From contig OX597830.1 in the NCBI GenBank assembly GCA_951406725.2, positions 73,160,001-73,224,000 on the forward strand: a stretch of DNA of 64,000 nucleotides. The letters are read 5' to 3'. Numbering within the stretch: the stretch's first letter is position 1; each line of letters starts with the position of its first letter. The notes under the pieces were generated by a model, which was not told the DNA's origin, did not search any database, and saw only the letters and a program-made list of their open reading frames with translations. The stretch comes from Octopus vulgaris (lineage: Eukaryota). Both the position numbers and the translations under genes were made by a program. Below, piece by piece: positions 56,595-64,000 of the stretch.

Positions 56595-57260
56595 CTATAT
56601 GTTGATATATTAGGTACATTAATTAACTACTATACCAATCCCTTGTTAATGAAATTTTGCAAGTGACGCACGTATCCTCGTGTTGATCCCCCCTACACAC
56701 AGACAACCATATGTATAAATATGCATGTGTATTTTATGTGTGTGTGTATGTGTATATGTGTGTGTGTGCGCGCGCGCGTGTAAAGCCTTACCTGCTTAGT
56801 TTCGAAATTAATATATTTAACAGACGATTATCTTACTATCGGCAAAACAACATAGATATTATTTTCTTGAGATTATCGATGAGATATCATACGTTTTATC
56901 CATAATTACATATCATTAATCGTTTTCCACCTTAAGAGTAAACTATGAATCATATATAGACACAGTGGTTAAATATCTAAAGGTGTATGAATGTCTCTCT
57001 CTCTCTCTCTCACTCTCATTGTATATATATATTGTATATATAAATGTATATATATATATATATATATATATAGTATTCAGCTCAGCTCACAAGCTGTGGT
57101 CATGCTGGGGCACCGCCATTTGGTGTTGCTACATGTTTTTACTTCACGAATGCTTTTTAGCAATTGCCATTTGGTGCACGAGAGAGTTCGATGCAGCTGC
57201 CCTCATCTGCACCTCCTACATATATATAAATACATATACATTTTTATATATATATGTATA

Positions 57261-57369
<109 letters not shown>

Positions 57370-57431
57370 TCTAGTCTTTATTCATGAATGTCAATGTGGT
57401 TATGTGTGTGTGTAAATATATTTATATATGA

Positions 57432-57620
57432 TGGCGGCGAGCTGGCAGAAATTTAGAACGCCGTTCAAAGTTTCTGAGACTTTTACGTTCAAATTCCGGC
57501 GAATTCGACCCTTATTCTTTAGTGGTCGATATATTAAGTACCAATTGTGTACTGGGGTCGATGTAATCATCTGTCCCCTCTCCCCCAAAATTTCGGGGCT
57601 TGTGCCTAGAGTAGAAAAGA
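57432..57620 (+). mobile_element. SINE family B (intronic)
   Basis: GGCGGCGAGCTGGCAGAA head, AAGTACCAA...CTGGGGTCGATGTAATC core, and a tail ending GTAGAAAAGA. A truncated copy also lies at 62515-62645 (+). Confidence 0.8.
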
Positions 57621-57642
57621 ATATATTTATATATGTATAAAG

Positions 57643-57674
<32 letters not shown>

Positions 57675-57731
57675 TGGAAGAATTCGTGTGCAAGTATGTA
57701 TATTTAACAACAAAATAACAAAACACAGACA

Positions 57732-57774
<43 letters not shown>

Positions 57775-57952
57775 CGATATTTAGAAGATCTAATGTTTAT
57801 ATGCTAAGTGTAACACAGTATCCAAAATATACACACATATGCACATACATAGGTACGTACATACACACATACAAACATATATACATGTCTACGTATATAT
57901 ATATATATTAATATATATATATTTATATGTACATAACACAAACACACACAAA

Positions 57953-58015
<63 letters not shown>

Positions 58016-58029
58016 GATATATGCATGTA

Positions 58030-58099
<70 letters not shown>

Positions 58100-58600
58100 T
58101 TACGTATGTACGAAGAAAAAGTGACTTATAGAAGACAGACATTTGACTGCAGTGAAATTCATATTTTAGAAACAAGTTGTGTGCAGCAGCAAAATTATTT
58201 TCTTCGTGCTTACAAACATTCTAATAATGATCGTGTATCCATTCCTTCTGAGTGTTTTGTTTTACAGTCTGTTTGTGTCAGATTGCCTCTGTCTGCGAAT
58301 GTCTTATCCTATATATCGTGTTCGTTGTGTGTGTGTTTATGTGTGTGTGTTTGTGTATAACTGTGTTTGTTGATAACACTCAGAAATGTAAACACACACA
58401 GACACACACACACACGCACACACACACGCACACACACACACATGCACAAGCAAACGAACACATACGAAAAACGAAACTATGCATGTATGAGCAATAGATT
58501 TCTGATTCTGTAAATCTGTACTTCTCCCCCACCCTCTCTCTCTATCTATCTTTCTATCTGCCTATCTATATGTCTATCTATATCCCTCTATGTACCTGCT

Positions 58601-58653
<53 letters not shown>

Positions 58654-58681
58654 GTGCTTCTTTGCATGTATACAAGGACGC

Positions 58682-58714
<33 letters not shown>

Positions 58715-58916
58715 TGTATGTATGTATGTGTGTTTGTATGCATTCATGTATATCTGCATGCACTGCTACTTGTCCCCTGGTGCTTTATATTCGCTCCTTT
58801 ACAATAATTCTTTAATAACATAAGATATATATATATATGTATATATTAAATACATATTTCTTAATAAACATACATAACTACATGTATTTTATATAAGTAT
58901 ACTCAATATATATATA

Positions 58917-58972
<56 letters not shown>

Positions 58973-59002
58973 TATATCTATCTATCTACCTATCTATCTC
59001 TG

Positions 59003-59035
<33 letters not shown>

Positions 59036-59322
59036 GAGTGGATTTTGTAGACGGAAACTGAAAGAAGCCCGCCGTATATATGTATATATGCATGTATGTG
59101 TATGTATATGTATGTATATGTTTATGTGTCTGTTTTTGTCCCCCCAACATCTCTTGACAACCGATACTGGTGCGTAATCTAGCTGTTCGGCAAAAGATAC
59201 CGATAGAATAAGTACTAAGCTTACAAAGAATAAGTCCTGGGTTCGAATTACTCGACTAAAGACAGTGCTCCGGCATGGCCACAGTCAAATGATTGAAACA
59301 ATTAAATGAGTAAAAGAGTAAT
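59036..59322 (+). mobile_element. SINE family A, 5'-truncated (intronic)
   Basis: Starts GAGTGGATTTTGTAGACGGAAACTGAAAGAAGCCC; family tail present. Confidence 0.85.
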
Positions 59323-59369
59323 GTATATATACGTATATATAAAAAAAAAATATATATATATATATACAT

Positions 59370-59459
<90 letters not shown>

Positions 59460-60109
59460 TAGATATATATATATACACATGCATATGTGTCCATATATCT
59501 AGGAACATGTATACATACATGTATGTGTGTATATGTACTCGCGCGCACGCATATTGATAAAGTTTTCACCGATAAATTCAAGCCTCTGAAAGTAAATCGA
59601 TCAAGCAAAGGAGTTTTTCAATGCATGTGGTATGTTCGATGTATAGGAAATAATAATAAAAATTCACTCCACAACCATTTTCCACACACGCTTTCTGTTT
59701 CAGGGTCTTGCCTAACACAATGTATATGTATATATATATATATAGGTAAACAGTAAAAATAATTAGACATGGACAAGAACATGAAACACCACAGAGACGA
59801 CACAAGAACCACAGGACGGGACATTCGAAGCCCTCAGTCATCAGTCAAGAACCAGATCATCTTAGCAATTTCGGCTGAATATATATATATATATATATAT
59901 ACACATACATACACATACATATACATACATACATACATACATACACACACATACATACATACATGTAAATATATATTGATAGATATATAAATAGACAGAT
60001 AAATAGTGTATAAATAAGTATATATAATAAGTATATATATATATAATCATCTTATATAATTATTACTTATATAATGTAATATTTAATTCTCTCTACTGAA
60101 CACTTGGTG

Positions 60110-60149
<40 letters not shown>

Positions 60150-60202
60150 CCACAAATACACGCAGCTAGTGTCACACACACTCACACACACAGCACACCC
60201 GC

Positions 60203-60235
<33 letters not shown>

Positions 60236-60356
60236 TACAAGTATATTTGCACCTATGTACTGAGAAGAATTGTAGTAGCATATGTATGTGTATGCCAAAC
60301 GCACACGCATACATATATGGGTATTCTTGCTTGGATCTACATGTTTGAATATATAT

Positions 60357-60513
60357 AGTGGCTGTGTGGTAAGTAGCTTGCTTACCAACCACACGGTTCC
60401 GGGTTCAGTCCCACTGCGTGGCATCTTGGGCAGGTGTCTTCTGCTATAGCCCCGGGCCGACCAATGCCTTGTGAGTGGATTTGGTAGACGGAAACTGAAA
60501 GAAGCCTGTCGTA

Positions 60514-60558
<45 letters not shown>

Positions 60559-60778
60559 ATATGTGTTTGTGTGTATGTGTTTGTCCCCCTAGCATTGCTT
60601 GACAACCGATGCTGGTGTGTTTACGTCCCCGTTACTTAGCGGTTTGGCAAAAGATACCGATAGAATAAGTACTGGGCTTACAAAGAATAAGTCCTGTGGT
60701 CGATTTGCTCGACTTAAGGCGGTGCTCCAGCATGGCCGCTGTGAAATGACTGAAACAAGTAAAAGAGTAAAAGAGTAA
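60357..60778 (+). mobile_element. SINE family A, best-preserved copy (intronic)
   Basis: A box TGGCTGTGTGG, B box GGTTCAGTCCC, CORE-like GCATCTTGGGCAGGTGTCTT, central microsatellite and (GTAAAAGA)n tail; highly similar to 22189-22591. Confidence 0.92.
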
Positions 60779-60782
60779 TATG

Positions 60783-60833
<51 letters not shown>

Positions 60834-61207
60834 ATATATTCGTCCATATACACATACATGGTTTTGTAGACATAGCCTTTTATTGTTTACTTATTTTGGT
60901 TATCAAACTGCGGGCATGCTATGGTACATATATGTTTCTTCATACGATAAGTAATCTTTGAATATATACACATACATTCACGTACATATAGGTATGGATA
61001 TAGACACTCAAACATGATCTGAAGTACAGTAGAAACCAAATATATTGTTTAGTAGATCGACGGTGCATTAAACATGATAAATTTATTTTTCTGAACTGGT
61101 GTAGTATCTAACATAATTGGGTTATACATACACTCGTTGATATACATAAATGTATATTATTGGTGTGTATATTTATATATACACACACACATACATACAT
61201 ACATACA

Positions 61208-61243
<36 letters not shown>

Positions 61244-61286
61244 CATAAGATATATATATATACATAAGATATATATATATATATAC

Positions 61287-61324
<38 letters not shown>

Positions 61325-62155
61325 CATATATATATATATATATATACATAAGATATTTATATATATATACATATATATATGCATACATATATATGCATAT
61401 ATATATATATGCATATATATATATATATATAACGGGAAGCTTTATGAAAATAGACAAAAGACGAAGGCAGGTGGAAAACAAACGAACAATTGTATACATA
61501 TAAACATATATGTGTATATAAACATATATATGTATACACACACGCGCTCATATATCTATATACCCACACATACATATATATCTCTATATATCTACCTATA
61601 TATGTATATATATATAAATTTATATATATACATTTATAATTGCACACACTCACACGTAAATATGAATATATAATACACATATTTTTACACACACCTGTAC
61701 TTACACATGTATCTTCATATAAATATCTTCTCTTCGCCTGTTTAATTTGAACCTTGTTGAATCAATGAATGTCTGTGAAGGCGGATGCCTTTTTCAAAAG
61801 GGACTTTATCATTCAAATTGTACCCCATACGGATCTAGGTGGAAGAAAACCTGTCAGAGGGATTTTGCTTGTAATTCAAAGGGGCCGCTATGTGATAGAG
61901 CCTGGGTCATGCTGATTCTGTCTGAGAATTACATTAATGGTACAGGTATCTGAGGTATACACACCGCATTTGCTCTACGTTTCTTCATTTGATGGGAGGA
62001 CTGGAATACTCATCGTTTGGACAGTTATATGTGCCTGTGTATGTATGTGTGTATGTATCAGTGTAAGTGTGTGCATGCAGGTGTGTGTGGTTATTTAAAT
62101 CTGTATAGATATGTAAGTATATATGTGTGTGTGTATGACCATTTGTTTGTTTGTT

Positions 62156-62198
<43 letters not shown>

Positions 62199-62332
62199 TA
62201 ATATAAAGAGCTAGGTACAGTATATTAACCATAAAGGAAAATTTGCATCGTCACTGATTTAGCGTGCTGAAGCACCTATATTGCAAGAAATAAGAGTAAA
62301 CACTCTGATTTGCCAATATATGTGTGTGTATG

Positions 62333-62399
<67 letters not shown>

Positions 62400-62810
62400 G
62401 TGTGTGTGTGTGTACAAACACTCATGTATATAAATATATCTGCGTATGTGTACGAGTGTACGACGTATTATAACGCATACATGCGTGCGATTATGTGATT
62501 ATATGTATGTCTATCACCGAGGTCGACTTTGCCTTTCATCCGTTCGGGGGTCGATAAATTAAGCACCAGTTGCGCACTGGGGTCGATCTAATCGACTGGC
62601 CTCCGACCTAAAAATTTCGGACCTAGTGCCTTGTGTAGAAAAGTATATGAAAACCTATTAGATAGATATATAGATAGATACATACATACATACATACATA
62701 CATACATACATACATACATACATACATACATACATAGACAGGATATATTCTATAGATATCGATCTCGATATAAATATAGATGGCTGTGTGTGCATGTGTG
62801 TGTGTATATG

Positions 62811-62879
62811 CTTCGGCAAGTGCCTTGCGAGTGGATTTGGTAGACGGAAACTGAAAGAAGCTTGTCATATATATATATT

Positions 62880-62913
<34 letters not shown>

Positions 62914-63115
62914 TGTATGTATATGTTTGTGTGTCTGTGTTGACAACCGATGGTGGTGTGCTTACGTCTCATAACTTATCGGTTCAGCTTAAGTGACCGA
63001 TAGAATAAGTACTAGGCTTACAAAATATAACTCCTGGGGTCAATTTGTTCGACTACAGGTGGTGCTCCATCATGGTCGCAGTTAAATGACTGAAACAAAT
63101 AAAAGAATAAAAGAA
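62811..63115 (+). mobile_element. SINE family A, 5'-truncated (intronic)
   Basis: GAGTGGATTTGGTAGACGGAAACTGAAAGAAGC...ATGACTGAAACAAATAAAAGAATAAAAGA. Confidence 0.85.
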
Positions 63116-63297
63116 TATATGGATATGTCTGTAAATAATATATATGTATAAAAATAAATATATATACTGGTGTGTGTGTGTGCGTGTGTGTGTGTGTGTG
63201 TGTTTTTCTCTATATATATAAATACATGTCTATATATATATAAATAAAAAAATATATCTATATATATGTACATGTGTATATATATATGTATATATAC

Positions 63298-63347
<50 letters not shown>

Positions 63348-64000
63348 GTATATATACATATATATATATATATAAATATACATATATATATGTATATATA
63401 TACATGCGTACATACATATATATATATGTATATATATACATGCGTACATACATTCATATATATAGACATGTATACATGAACGTTTATGTACACAGGCAGG
63501 CACACGCATACACACACACACACATACATATATGTATAATGTAGATACATATATAGAAATACATACACAAATACATATATGCATACTTACATTCATACCT
63601 CATATACACACACATACACACATTCTTATAAACATAAAATTGACACACATCAATAGATTTATAGCAGTGATTAAAGAGAATAGCTTTCCTCTTTCTCCAC
63701 ACACAAACACACACACACACACACACACACAAAATACACACACACACGCACCATTGAAAATTTAGACGGACATTATACCTACTAATGGTCATTGTTGCAT
63801 ACTAAACACTGGTCAGTATGCCATCCGCTATCGAGCTGTGGCGGTCAGATAAAAGGCGGTTTATATTTGTTTTCTTTCTTCCTTTCCTTTCTTTCCTCCT
63901 CATTCTTTGTTTTTCTCTCTTTTTGACCTTCTATGTCTATTCTGGTCTTACATTATTTTTGTGCTGCTGTTGTTGTAGTTGTTCATGTTATCGTTGTTGT

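Noticed and set aside
60357-60420. tRNA gene (A and B boxes)
   Set aside because: There is no full cloverleaf; this is the tRNA-derived head of a multi-copy SINE.
61930-61953. TACAGGTATCT resembling the 3' end of Hox-linked miR-993
   Set aside because: The seed region does not match, and no complementary miR-10-like 5' arm is seen upstream.

Overview
Eukaryotic, very AT-rich, microsatellite-saturated genomic DNA. The SINE families and (TA)n/(TCTA)n/(TACA)n load suggest an octopod cephalopod; this taxon call is inferred, not proven. There is no prokaryotic content, no CRISPR array, and no rRNA or tRNA gene. Almost all ORFs in the supplied track are microsatellite translations. The only credible host gene is the first coding exon (41595-42891, +) of a central-class Hox gene. 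It carries the hexapeptide FYPWMGIVG and is Ubx/abd-A-like, most likely Lox4, otherwise Lox2. A phase-1 intron follows and runs off the window (>21 kb), so no homeobox is visible. The rest is a transposon landscape: a full-length decayed IR/DR Tc1 (DD34E), an internally deleted mariner, several MITEs and two abundant tRNA-derived SINE families. The main unexplained signal is a set of short elements embedded in microsatellites, mostly (TA)n, that carry minimal type-I hammerhead-ribozyme folds with palindromic stem III, resembling Penelope-like pseudo-LTRs. Microsatellite-embedded elements also recur in inverted or foldback arrangements. The clearest case is a perfect 291-bp-arm palindrome (18529-19121) with a complete hammerhead in each arm.
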